Notes: generated by a model not told the origin, from the letters alone. 46,151 nt of DNA from an uncultured Actinomycetes bacterium (GCA_963704885.1 CAVPIB010000006.1:1-46151); one strand, 5' to 3'; shown: positions 29,398-38,465, counted from the stretch's first letter. Numbers and translations are program-made.

Positions 29398-31177
29398 CTA
29401 CAACGGCCTTGCGGCATCGGCAAGATGGACAGCCTCCCGGTAGAAGACGTTCGACGTATACAGGTTGCTTGCCGGCTCGAACGCCTCGAGCTGGCCGTCA
29501 CGTCACCCATCACGCGGTCACATAGGCTCAGCGTCGTAAGGCGGTGAGCTTCGACGACCAGTGTCAAGGCGCCACGGAGCCCTTCAGTGACTCCTGGATG
29601 TATCGCTCCGACTGGACATCAAGCGAGCTGGTGGGCTCGTCGAGGATCAGGACCTCCAGGCGCGCCGGCGAGCACCCAGGCCGGACAGGAGCCGGCTGGC
29701 GTTGACCTCCCGATACGGCATCAGCGCGCTGCCCGACGACCGTCTGATAGCCGTTGGACCATGACGTGATGTCGGCGTGGATGTGAGCGAGCCGGGCAGC
29801 CGCTCGATGGCGTCATCGTCCACCCAGTCGCGGTAGAAACGGATGTCTCGAAGACCGTCGCGCCGAGAAGATGGGGCTCCTGGGGGAGGTAGACGATCTT
29901 GCCGGTGCCCGGCCTCATCGTCGATCTCTCCAACCGGGATACCGTTGGTTCAACGTCTCCCCACTAGACGGCTCGCGAAGACGGAGGAGCACCTGCAGAA
30001 CCGTTGACTTTCCGGCCCCCAACCGGCCAACCACTCCGATGGCTTCACCTGCTTCCACAGCAAAGCTGAGGTTGCTGAGGACTGGACTGCCGGGCCTGTA
30101 CGCGAAAGATATCAACTGGGAGACCATCGGATCGAATCGATGGGCTGATGACCGGGGTGTTGTGCGTTGGCGCGGAACTGCCCTATCGCAATGGTCAGTG
30201 GATCAAAGTATGGAACCGCCTCCCCGACATTCTGGTACGCGGTCTGGAGCTGCTGGCCGTAGGTGGAGGCTCGGACGAGCAGGAGGACGACCGCCCGAGC
30301 GCCGCCAGGCGGCTTGTGCCGACGGCGTACAGAACCAGCGCCAGACCGGCTACGATCAGCAGGATCACTGCACTCTGGTAGACGACCGGCATGGTCGAGA
30401 TCAGCGTGCGCAGACGGAGCGAGATCGCTCCTGGAGTGGACTCGACTAGCGAACTGATCCGAGCTCGTTCAGACTCGGCGGCACCCAGAACCTCAACTTC
30501 CTCGGCCGTCCGGACGGACTCCGCGACACCGGCGGCCTGCGGAGAACCGAGGAAGCGGAAGTGGCAGCAGAGTTGCGCCGCACCCTGCGCGAGAGACGGC
30601 GCGCAAGGCCTGCGAAGAGCCCATTGCCGTCGCCATGACCACCGCGGCCACTCCGGGCTAAGCAAGAATGCGGATGCGGCGAGCACCAGAAACATCAACG
30701 CCGCGGCGAAACCGTTGGCTAGTTGGATGACGGCGAACCCCGCATGCATCACCTGTCCACCCATCAGTTCTTGGAGGTGACCCTCCTTCTCATCCGCCTT
30801 CGTAGACCATGAGGCGGCCAAGAACGAACCGAAGAGTTGGGTCCGGAGTTCGGTCTGCACCTCTCCGCTGAGGCGGGCGGGCAGCCGGCCGACAACGATC
30901 TGAAGGAGCAAACGGACGTGACCGCCAGGCTCCCGGCGATACATCAGGAGCACGGGGATGGACCCATCAATGACGATAGGCCCGAGGGTCAGCGTCGGAG
31001 CCTCTGCGGTCGTTGACATCATCGTTGCGATGTAGGCAACCAGGGCCGAGCACACCGGCCTCGGCAAGACCTGCTCCGGCGGAGGCGCACTGCGATCGCA
31101 ACAACGGTCCAGCGGCGCGAACCGACGAGCGGGGTCAGCCGAGCGACTGACGTGCGGACGTCAGCCCAGTCCCCCAC
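29398..31177 (-). CDS. ABC transporter with fused TMD-NBD (MsbA/PglK-like glycan flippase), heavily frameshifted
   Basis: N-terminal TM helices; [59 protein letters not shown]. Confidence 0.75.
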
Positions 31178-31205
31178 GCACACCGCGAGGAGATCGGCTG
31201 GGGCC

Positions 31206-32511
31206 TCACAACCGCACCACGTTCAGCCGGCGGGCGGCGCCGAAGGCGTTCCGCGCATCGAAGACGAGCTTGGCGTGCTCGGCCATCCAGTCCAGGTCGT
31301 ACGCGCTGTGCGGCGTGAGGACGGCCACTAGATCGGCGCGCGACACCACGTGGTTGTGAGCTCGGTTCGATGAATCGTTTGCCGTTCAGCGTGACATCGC
31401 CGACGTACGGATCGTGGAACGCCACCCGTGCACCACGCCTGTGCAGCAGCTCCATGATCTTCACCGCGGGCGACTCGCGAACGTCGCCGACGTCCGGCTT
31501 GTAGGCGACGCCCAGCACGAGGATCTGCGCGTCCTTCACCGCCGCCACGGTCGTTCAGCACCTCGCCGATCCGCGCCGCCGTCCAGGCGGGCATCTGTGC
31601 GTTGATGTCCTCGGCCGTCTCCCACGACGCGGAACTGATGGCCGGCGTCGCGCTTCATCTGCCACGACAGGTACGTCGGGTCGAGCGGGATGCAGTGCCC
31701 GCCGACACCCGGGCCCGGGTAGAACGGCATGAAGCCGAACGGCTTGGTCGCGGCGGCGTCGATGACCTCCCAGACGTCGAGATCGACCTCGTGGCACAGC
31801 ATGGCCATCTCGTTCGCGAGCGCGATGTTCACGTGGCGGAAGGTGTTCTCCAGCAGCTTCGCGAGCTCGGCCGCCCGGCACGACGAGACCGCCATGACCT
31901 TGTCCACCAGTTGCTCGTAGAAGAGCACGGCGACGCCCGTGGACTCGGCGTTAAGTCCGCCGACCACTCGCGGTACGTCGCGGAACGTGAACTCCGCGTT
32001 GCCCGGGTCGATCCGCTCGGGAGAGTAGGCCAACAGGAAGTCGCGTCCCGCGGCCATCCCCGACGTCTCGAGGGCGGGTCTGACGCGCTGCTCGGTGGTT
32101 CCCGGATACGAGGTCGACTCGAGCACGACGAGCGAACCTGAGGCTAGGTGGGATGAGACGTCTCCGACAGGCCCCGTCGATGTGCGACAGGTCAGGGGTG
32201 CCGTCGCGAAGCGGGGTCGGGACGCAGACGAAGACGAGGTGGCTCTCAGCCACGGCTGTTGCCGACGTGCTGAAGGTCACCCGATCCGTGAGCAGCGCCG
32301 CGCGCATCACCTGCTCGTCGACACCCGCCACGACGGGTTGGCCGTCGGCAAGCTCCTTCACGCGCACCGCATCCGTATCGATGCCAGTCACGGAGAATCC
32401 GGCATCAGCTGCGGCACAGGCCAGCGAGAGACCGACGTAGCCCTGTCCGATCACCGCGATCCGTGCAGTCCGGTTCAGGATGCGTCGACGAAGATCCGCG
32501 GTCCCCCGCAA
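31206..32511 (-). CDS. UDP-N-acetylhexosamine 6-dehydrogenase (WecC/WbpA/TviB family), frameshifted
   Basis: VIGQGYVGL, CVPTPL, LESTSYPGTT, AYSPERIDPGN, KLLENTFRHVNIALANE, GPGVGGHCIPLDP, GVAYKPDVGDVRESP. Confidence 0.92.
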
Positions 32512-32575
32512 GTGGTCTCCTCTCCCCGAAGGGGTGGTGGATGGATCAGGCGGAAGCGGCCTTGGGACCTTCGGC
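32179..32575 (-). repeat. Diverged direct repeat, copy 2 (dehydrogenase 5' end + upstream intergenic + regulator 3' tail)
   Basis: Aligns by eye with ~37684-38080. About 34 substitutions and one 3-nt indel over ~330 coding nt (~90%), mostly at third codon positions. Confidence 0.9.
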
Positions 32576-32673
32576 GGCCGCGCATGCGATCGACCATCCC
32601 ATGTAGGACTCCCCCGGGACGGCGATAGGAAGCCGCCTCGAAGGAATCCGATCGCGAAGACGCGCAGTATGCC

Positions 32674-32925
32674 TCACGACGCCCGCGTCATCTTCGACTT
32701 CAGGAGCAGGGCCATACCGGAGATCGTGCCGAAGTTCTGAGATACGAGCTCCTCATCGCGGATCTCCACCCCGAACTCGCTCTCCATGAACGACACGATG
32801 CTCAGGATCCCCATCGAGTCCACGACACCCTTCTCGATCAGCGGGTAGTCATCAGCGATGCGTTCCCGACTATCCCATCGCAGTTCATCAGCGATGAACG
32901 CACGGAGCCGATCCTCGGCCGTCAT
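32674..32925 (-). CDS. Stand-alone acyl/peptidyl carrier protein (PltL/RedO-like role)
   Basis: 83 aa, acidic; GVVDSMG phosphopantetheine site; ESEFGVEI; SD GAGGAGG. Confidence 0.92.
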   Translation of the reverse strand: MTAEDRLRAFIADELRWDSRERIADDYPLIEKGVVDSMGILSIVSFMESEFGVEIRDEELVSQNFGTISGMALLLKSKMTRAS

Positions 32926-32946
32926 GAAACCCCCTCCTCGATGAGC

Positions 32947-34521
32947 TCAGTTTGTCGCCAGCATCCGTCGGTCGATCTTTCCGGTGGACGTCCTCGGGAG
33001 CTCGGTCCTGAAAACGAACCTCTCCGGAATCATGTAGTGCGGGATCCGTTCAGAGCAGAACCGAACAAGATCGCGGGCCCCGACGTCATCTCGAACGACG
33101 ACGTAAGCCCTGATGCGGTTCGTGATCAACTCGTTCGGAACCGCCGTTACCGCGCACTCAAGAACGCTTGGATGGGCGTAGATGGCCGCCTCGATGTCGC
33201 CGAGATCGATGCGGTAGCCGCGGCTCTTGACCTGATTGTCCCGCCGCCCGAGAAGCAGATAGTTCCCTTCGTCATCCTGCCGCACGAGATCCCCAGTTCG
33301 ATAGATAGGATCCTGCGATCCGAGTGCACGTGGATCGCGGATGAGCCCCCCTTGTGTTAGTGGCTTGTCTCCCCAGTAGCCCTTCATGACGCTCGATCCG
33401 CGAACACAGAGCTCGCCCAAGCCGCCATGGACCGTCGGTGTGCCGTCTTCGTTGAGGGCGAACACTTCGACGTTGTTGATTGCGGCGCCGATGGGGATCG
33501 GATCGTTCGAATCGGGTTCGATAGGTCGCACTCGGTAATACGTGCATACGTTCGTCTCGGTCGGGCCATAGAGGTTGAGGAACTCCGCGCGGGGAAGCAG
33601 CGACATCAGCTGACGAAGGTACTTCGTGGGAAACACCTCACCGGCGAACAGGACGCATCTGAGGTGAGGCAAGGCCGCACTCTGGAGCCCGCCGCGCTGC
33701 ACAAGCATAGTGAGTGCCGACGGGACCGAGTACCAGATCGTGATGGCGCTCCGGTCCAGGAAGCGGACAGTCTCGATCGGAAACACGAGCGCTTCGGGGG
33801 GCACGAGGACGACACGAGCGCCTCCTTGTGCAGCGGCGAAGACGTCGAAGATCGAGAGGTCGAAGTGCAAGGGCGCATGACTGGACAACCGGTCGTCTCG
33901 GCGCACGCCGCAGAGCTCGGTCGCCCAATCGACGAACGTGAGCCCGTTCAGATGCGAGAGCATCACGCCCTTGGGATCGCCCGTCGACCCAGATGTGTAC
34001 AGGACGTACGCGAGGTCAAGGTCGATCGTGTCGATCGACGGAGGTGTTGCCGGTTGATCCTGCAGAGCAGCGGCGGTGACGATGCGGGCGGGGGTCGCCT
34101 CGTGGTCGAGCCCATCATCGTCGGGCGCGTTCAGGACAACGAGCGCACGCATAGGTGCCCCATGTTCCGCGAGAGCGCCCCAAGCTTCCGCCTTCTCGAT
34201 GCCCGTCACTATCAGGTTAACGTCACAATCTCGGACGATGTATGCGAGACGGGCCGCAGGAGCCTGAGGATCGAGCGGGACGTACGCCGCCCCCGCCTTC
34301 AGGGTCCCGAAGATGCCTACGAGCGACTCGAGGGACTTATCGAGGAAGAGGCCGACGCGATCACCGCGCTCCACACCCGACTCGATCAGCAGGTGTGCGA
34401 GTCGATTGGATCGAGTCTCCAACTCTCCGAACGTGACGCTTCGTGGACCGTCCACGACGGCAACGTCTTCGGGCTGCCTATCCGCAGAATGCTGCAGAAG
34501 GTGGTGCAGCAGATGATCCAT
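32947..34521 (-). CDS. Stand-alone amino-acid adenylation enzyme, probable L-proline:PCP ligase (PltF/RedM/AnaC type)
   Basis: LAYVLYTSGSTGDPKG, HFDLS, NLYGPTETNVC, YRTGDL, GRRDNQVKSRGYRI, LPRTSTGKIDR; manually read specificity code DLFYLALVCK. Confidence 0.88.
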   Translation of the reverse strand: MDHLLHHLLQHSADRQPEDVAVVDGPRSVTFGELETRSNRLAHLLIESGVERGDRVGLFLDKSLESLVGIFGTLKAGAAYVPLDPQAPAARLAYIVRDCDVNLIVTGIEKAEAWGALAEHGAPMRALVVLNAPDDDGLDHEATPARIVTAAALQDQPATPPSIDTIDLDLAYVLYTSGSTGDPKGVMLSHLNGLTFVDWATELCGVRRDDRLSSHAPLHFDLSIFDVFAAAQGGARVVLVPPEALVFPIETVRFLDRSAITIWYSVPSALTMLVQRGGLQSAALPHLRCVLFAGEVFPTKYLRQLMSLLPRAEFLNLYGPTETNVCTYYRVRPIEPDSNDPIPIGAAINNVEVFALNEDGTPTVHGGLGELCVRGSSVMKGYWGDKPLTQGGLIRDPRALGSQDPIYRTGDLVRQDDEGNYLLLGRRDNQVKSRGYRIDLGDIEAAIYAHPSVLECAVTAVPNELITNRIRAYVVVRDDVGARDLVRFCSERIPHYMIPERFVFRTELPRTSTGKIDRRMLATN

Positions 34522-34536
34522 CCTCGCCTCACCCCC

Positions 34537-35682
34537 CTACAAGCCGAGCAGTCCCGCGATCAGGTTGCGCTGCATGTCCGATGTCCCCGAGTAGATGCGA
34601 CTTCCGATCGCGTCGCGCACTTCCCTCTCAAGCTCGTACTCCGCCATGAACCCGTACCCGCCGTGGATCTGAAGAGCATCGAGACTCGACTGCACGAACG
34701 ACTCGCTCACGTGTAGCTTCACCATGGCCGCGTCGAGCGCAGATGGTCGCTCAGCGCTCATGAGCCACCCTTGTCGGTAGAGGAGCAGGCGGGAGGTTTC
34801 CAGGCGCATCTTCATCTCCACGATCCGGTGTGAAACAGCCTGGAACCGCGCAATGGGTTGACCGAACTGGTGCCGCTCTCGCGCATATTCGACGCACCGC
34901 TCGACCTGCCGTTGCATGGTTCCGATCGCACTGGCAAGGATGCAGCTGCGCTCCCAAACCATCGAGTGGTTGAAGATGGCCATGCCCACGCCGGGCGTCC
35001 CCAGGACGTTCTCCTCCGGGACGTAACAGTCGTCGAAAGCGACCTCTGCCATCGGCGATGTTCGCAGTCCCATCTTCTGTAGCGATCTACCCACGGTCAG
35101 ACCTGGGGCATCGCGCCGTACGAGGAACGAGGAAATCCCGATGAAGCCGGCTGCCGGATCCGTGTTCGCGAACACCACGAACACGTCTGCGATGGGGGCG
35201 TTCGTGATGAAAGTCTTTCGACCGGACAAGAGGAACCCGTTGTTCTTCCTTTCGGCCGTTGTCCGGAGGCCGAATGCATCGGATCCGAAGCCTGGCTCCG
35301 TCATCGCCTGAACGCCGATCAGGGAACCGTCGTTCAGGCCCGGGAGGTACTTCCGCTTCTGCTCCTCGGTCCCGAACCGCACGATCGGCGTTACGCAGGA
35401 CCACAGTTGTGCATTGATAGAGAAGATCAGACCGTTGTCCCTGCATCCGTATCCAAGCGCTTCCATGGCCAGCATGATCGTCAGTGGATCGGCGCCGCTG
35501 CCTCCGAACTCCTGCGGGATGGGCAATCCCTGGATACCCACGGCAGCGCACTTCTTCCACCCCTCTGTCGAGAACTCCTGTTCCTCGTCGCGGAGGACGA
35601 TGTCACCGTTCAACTCGCTTTCGGCGAACCTGATGATCTCCTTGCGAAGGTGCGCTTGTTCCGCGGTCAGTGAGAAGTCCAT
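34537..35682 (-). CDS. Acyl-CoA dehydrogenase-fold, probable L-prolyl-PCP dehydrogenase (PltE/RedW/AnaB type)
   Basis: LGYGCRDNGLIFSINAQ, MTEP..GSD, KTFITNAP, KMGLRTSP; Glu in WERSC and IYSGT instead of IYEGT. Confidence 0.85.
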   Translation of the reverse strand: MDFSLTAEQAHLRKEIIRFAESELNGDIVLRDEEQEFSTEGWKKCAAVGIQGLPIPQEFGGSGADPLTIMLAMEALGYGCRDNGLIFSINAQLWSCVTPIVRFGTEEQKRKYLPGLNDGSLIGVQAMTEPGFGSDAFGLRTTAERKNNGFLLSGRKTFITNAPIADVFVVFANTDPAAGFIGISSFLVRRDAPGLTVGRSLQKMGLRTSPMAEVAFDDCYVPEENVLGTPGVGMAIFNHSMVWERSCILASAIGTMQRQVERCVEYARERHQFGQPIARFQAVSHRIVEMKMRLETSRLLLYRQGWLMSAERPSALDAAMVKLHVSESFVQSSLDALQIHGGYGFMAEYELEREVRDAIGSRIYSGTSDMQRNLIAGLLGL

Positions 35683-35693
35683 CCCGCCGCCCC

Positions 35694-36622
35694 CTAGCTC
35701 GCCGCGATTCTCAGCCTCGAAGCGAGGCGATCAACCCAGTCAACGACGTCCTCCAAGACCGAGTCCTGGGTGATGATGCTCGTGAGGCCATGCACCTGGC
35801 CGGGCAACGTCCTTATCTCCGTCGTCTCCGCCCCGATCGCGAGCAAATCACCGAGGTACCCGGCTCGGGCTTGCTCGAAGACACGCCACAGATCCTCGTC
35901 AGAGCCGTACATGAGAAGCAGCGGTATCGCCTTCTGCACAATCGCAGCAAGGGGTGACGTGAAGTTGCGGCTTGCTCCCGCCTGATCGTGTTCATCGCCG
36001 GTCCGACGATCGTCGACGAGTTGGCGCCATTTGGCCCTTATGACACGGAGGTAGGTTTGCCGATGGACGGGGTTGCGAATGTTCCGAATCACATGTGGTT
36101 GGATGGCCCGCCGCGCACACTCACTGAGGGTCAGCCTCGCCGCCAGATCCGTGGCGATCCAGTTTCCCATCTGAAAATCGCGCACGGGGGTCGCGATGAG
36201 GACGACCCCTTCAAGCCCAGTGACGTGCGGAGCACATGTGAGGGCAGTTCGCCCCCGAAACAGGAACCGATCAACACGACCCGCTCAAGCCCGACGTTAT
36301 GAGCCCAATGGACCGCGCCCATCAGGTCATCCGTGAAGGGATTGGCGAGTTCGAACGGTGCGACCTGCCCTTCGCTCTCGCCGATGCCGTGGTAGTCGAA
36401 GCGCAGAGCGTGGAAGCCGAGACGCGCGACCTCACGGCACAAGCGCACGGAAAACCGGTTGCGATTGGTGGACAACGGCGTCCCGCCCCCCGACAGAGGG
36501 ATCACGACTGTTCCGAGAGGATCGCCCGTCGGCTCCGTCAAGATGCCGAACAGCTGATGGTTCGCGGCCTTGAAGAAGACCGGTGACTCTTCACCGGCCC
36601 CTGCGTGGACCTGACCGGTCAT
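35694..36622 (-). CDS. Alpha/beta-hydrolase-fold putative acyltransferase with Cys nucleophile (one frameshift near 36250)
   Basis: NRNRFSVRLCR, LRFDYHGIGESEG, nucleophile elbow GSCFG, LLMYGSDED, QVHG; ATGA overlap with the upstream gene. Confidence 0.8.
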
Positions 36623-37548
36623 CGTGGAACGACCGGCAGCTGTTTCGAGAACCAGTCGACTGTCAGTTCCACCATGACTTTGCTGCGTTCCTTCGCTGAC
36701 TCCTCTTGCCATCGACTCCCCGGGAACCACCAAGCCTCCTCCCCCACGATCGACTGGACATCGACCGCGATTCCTCGCTCGTTCAGGCGATCGACGAGCT
36801 CCGCATACTCGGCTCTCAGGTCCCGTCTGCGATCGACCTGAAGAAGGAGGACCTGTCGCGGCAGGGCACCAATCGCCTGAGACAGTTGGCGCTCCGACGA
36901 ACTCTCGAAGATCGCGCGGTCGATCGGGAAGCCGGAGACATCGGCGAATCCGACCCGCTGCATCTCCTCGAATGGATCCGTATGTGTCTCCGAACCGCCG
37001 CTGAGCTGGGCCATCGCCCGAAACCGGAAGACCTCTCGGAAGTACCTTCGCCCGTCGAGCGCTGGCTCCCAGAGAGCAAGTGGTGCCTTCGGAGTGCCGG
37101 CGGCCATCTGGGCTGCGACGAGCGCTCCCCAACGGGTCCCGATGAACCCGACAGCCTCCGACTGCGCGCGCTCAGACAACCACTTCATGGCTTCTGCGGC
37201 GTCGTCCCGCGCGGTGTCGAACGTGACTTCTGAGCTTTCGCCGTCACTATGGCCGGTACCCCGATAGTGAAACCGACCGACCGCCACACCGCGAGCAGCC
37301 AGGGCGTCAGCTAGCAGGACTTCCCGACGGTAGTTCGCGAGGAACTCGCATTGGAAGGGCGAACACACCAGCACGGCGGCTCGGATGGGCTCGTTCGGTA
37401 GATGGACGCAGCCGAACATCTTGGACCGCTCGCTGCCGAAGAACTCGATCTCTACCCGTGTTCGGGAGCTTCGATCACGCGGATCGCTTGCGACACGGCG
37501 TGTCCCTCCTGAGCGTTCGATGGATGGCGGCTTGTCGTCGATCAGCAA
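36619..37548 (-). CDS. Alpha/beta-hydrolase-fold protein with Arg at the nucleophile position
   Basis: VLVCSPFQCE, RFHYRGTGHSDG, elbow GTRWGALVA, LWEPALDG; resembles exosortase-system-associated hydrolase 2. Confidence 0.8.
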   Translation of the reverse strand: MLIDDKPPSIERSGGTRRVASDPRDRSSRTRVEIEFFGSERSKMFGCVHLPNEPIRAAVLVCSPFQCEFLANYRREVLLADALAARGVAVGRFHYRGTGHSDGESSEVTFDTARDDAAEAMKWLSERAQSEAVGFIGTRWGALVAAQMAAGTPKAPLALWEPALDGRRYFREVFRFRAMAQLSGGSETHTDPFEEMQRVGFADVSGFPIDRAIFESSSERQLSQAIGALPRQVLLLQVDRRRDLRAEYAELVDRLNERGIAVDVQSIVGEEAWWFPGSRWQEESAKERSKVMVELTVDWFSKQLPVVPR

Positions 37549-37563
37549 CGATGGTTTCGGACG

Positions 37564-38013
37564 TCAGGCGACGGACTGTTCGCCCAGCTCCACGATCGTC
37601 CTGATCGCCGCTGCGCGCCGACGGAAGCAGTGACGCCGGCTGATACGCAGCTCGCGGGCGATCTCGTGCGCGTCGAGCTGCTTGATGTGCGACAGGTCGG
37701 GGGTCCCGTCGCGGAGCGGAGTGGGGACGCAGATGAAGACGAGGTGACTCTGGGCCACGGCTTCCGCCGACGTGCTGAAGGTCACCCGGTCCGTGAGCAG
37801 CGCCGCGCGCATCACCTGTTCGTCGACTCCCGCCACGGGTTGGCCCTCGGCGAGCTCCTTCACGCGTACCGCATCCGTGTCGATGCCGGTCACAGCGAAT
37901 CCGGCCTCAGCCGCGGCGCAGGTCAGTGAGAGACCGACGTAGCCCTGTCCGATCACGGCGATCCGTGCGGTCCGGTTGAGGATGCGTCGACGAAGGTCGG
38001 CGGTTCCCCGCAT
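37564..38013 (-). pseudogene. In-frame chimera: 5' ~110 codons of the NDP-sugar dehydrogenase fused to the 3' ~39 codons of the sigma-region-4-like gene
   Basis: MRGTADLRRRILNRTARIAVIGQGY...PDLSHI|KQLDAHEIARELRISRRHCFRRRAAAIRTIVELGEQSVA*; junction at about 37683. Confidence 0.88.
37577..37680 (-). repeat. Diverged copy of the 3' end of the 38052..38414 gene
   Basis: AHEIARELRISRRHCFRRRAAAIRTIVELGE versus AHEIARELHISRRQCFRRRAAAIRAIVELGE (about 38082-38183). Confidence 0.9.
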
Positions 38014-38051
38014 GTGGGTCCCCATTCCTGGAAGGAGAGGCGGTTGATGGG

Positions 38052-38414
38052 TCAGGCGGAGACGGCGATCGGGCCGGCCGGCTCGCCCAGCTCCACGATC
38101 GCCCTGATCGCGGCGGCTCGCCGGCGGAAGCACTGGCGCCGGCTGATATGCAGCTCCCGCGCGATCTCGTGCGCCGGGAGCTGTCCCAGGTACCACAGGT
38201 AGAGCAGGCGACGGTCCTGCTCGGCGATCTGGCTCATCCGCCAGCAGAGCTCGTCACGCTCGCCGAGCTTCTCGAGCAAGCCGGGCCGCATGCCGTCACC
38301 GGCTGTGCGGTCGCGGCGCGCGGCACCCACCTTGTAGAACGACGAGGTCGTCGGCTGCCACCAGTCGGTGTAGGTGATCAGCGCCCACACGACCAGGTTA
38401 GGCGAGGAGAGCAT
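38052..38414 (-). CDS. Small protein with sigma-70 region-4-like HTH and no region 2
   Basis: IAEQDRRLLYLWYLGQLPAHEIARELHISRRQCFRRRAAAIRAI; SD GGGAGAGG before ATG. Confidence 0.75.
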   Translation of the reverse strand: MLSSPNLVVWALITYTDWWQPTTSSFYKVGAARRDRTAGDGMRPGLLEKLGERDELCWRMSQIAEQDRRLLYLWYLGQLPAHEIARELHISRRQCFRRRAAAIRAIVELGEPAGPIAVSA

Positions 38415-38442
38415 GCACCTCTCCCGAAGTTAGACCGTAGTC

Positions 38443-38465
38443 GTCTTCGCGGTGACGCGGAAGAC
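38443..38465. other. Intergenic stem-loop between wzc-like and sigma4-like genes
   Basis: GTCTTCGCG-GTGA-CGCGGAAGAC: 9-bp stem with one bulged base and no U-tract. Confidence 0.4.

Noticed and set aside
20830-32180. Programmed frameshifting or phase variation by simple repeats
   Set aside because: Indels are numerous, scattered and not tied to long homopolymers or tandem repeats; sequencing error explains them better.
32546-32602. 18-codon ORF MGWSIACAAAEGPKAASA as a precursor peptide
   Set aside because: It is better explained as the displaced 3' tail of the sigma4-like gene; there is no RiPP machinery nearby.
32674-34521. DltA/DltC D-alanylation system
   Set aside because: The pocket residues read as proline-type, a prolyl-PCP-dehydrogenase-like ACAD is adjacent, and there is no DltB (MBOAT) or DltD.
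12979-37548. Aminocoumarin, prodiginine, pyoluteorin or anatoxin small-molecule gene cluster
   Set aside because: No PKS, multidomain NRPS, halogenase, amide synthetase or GT1 is visible; the context is Wzc/Wzy/PglC/GT4 polysaccharide machinery. Action in trans with a cluster elsewhere cannot be excluded.
32546-37600. Transposon or integrative element carrying the cassette
   Set aside because: No transposase, integrase, terminal inverted repeats or clean target-site duplication were seen; only diverged gene-end homology.
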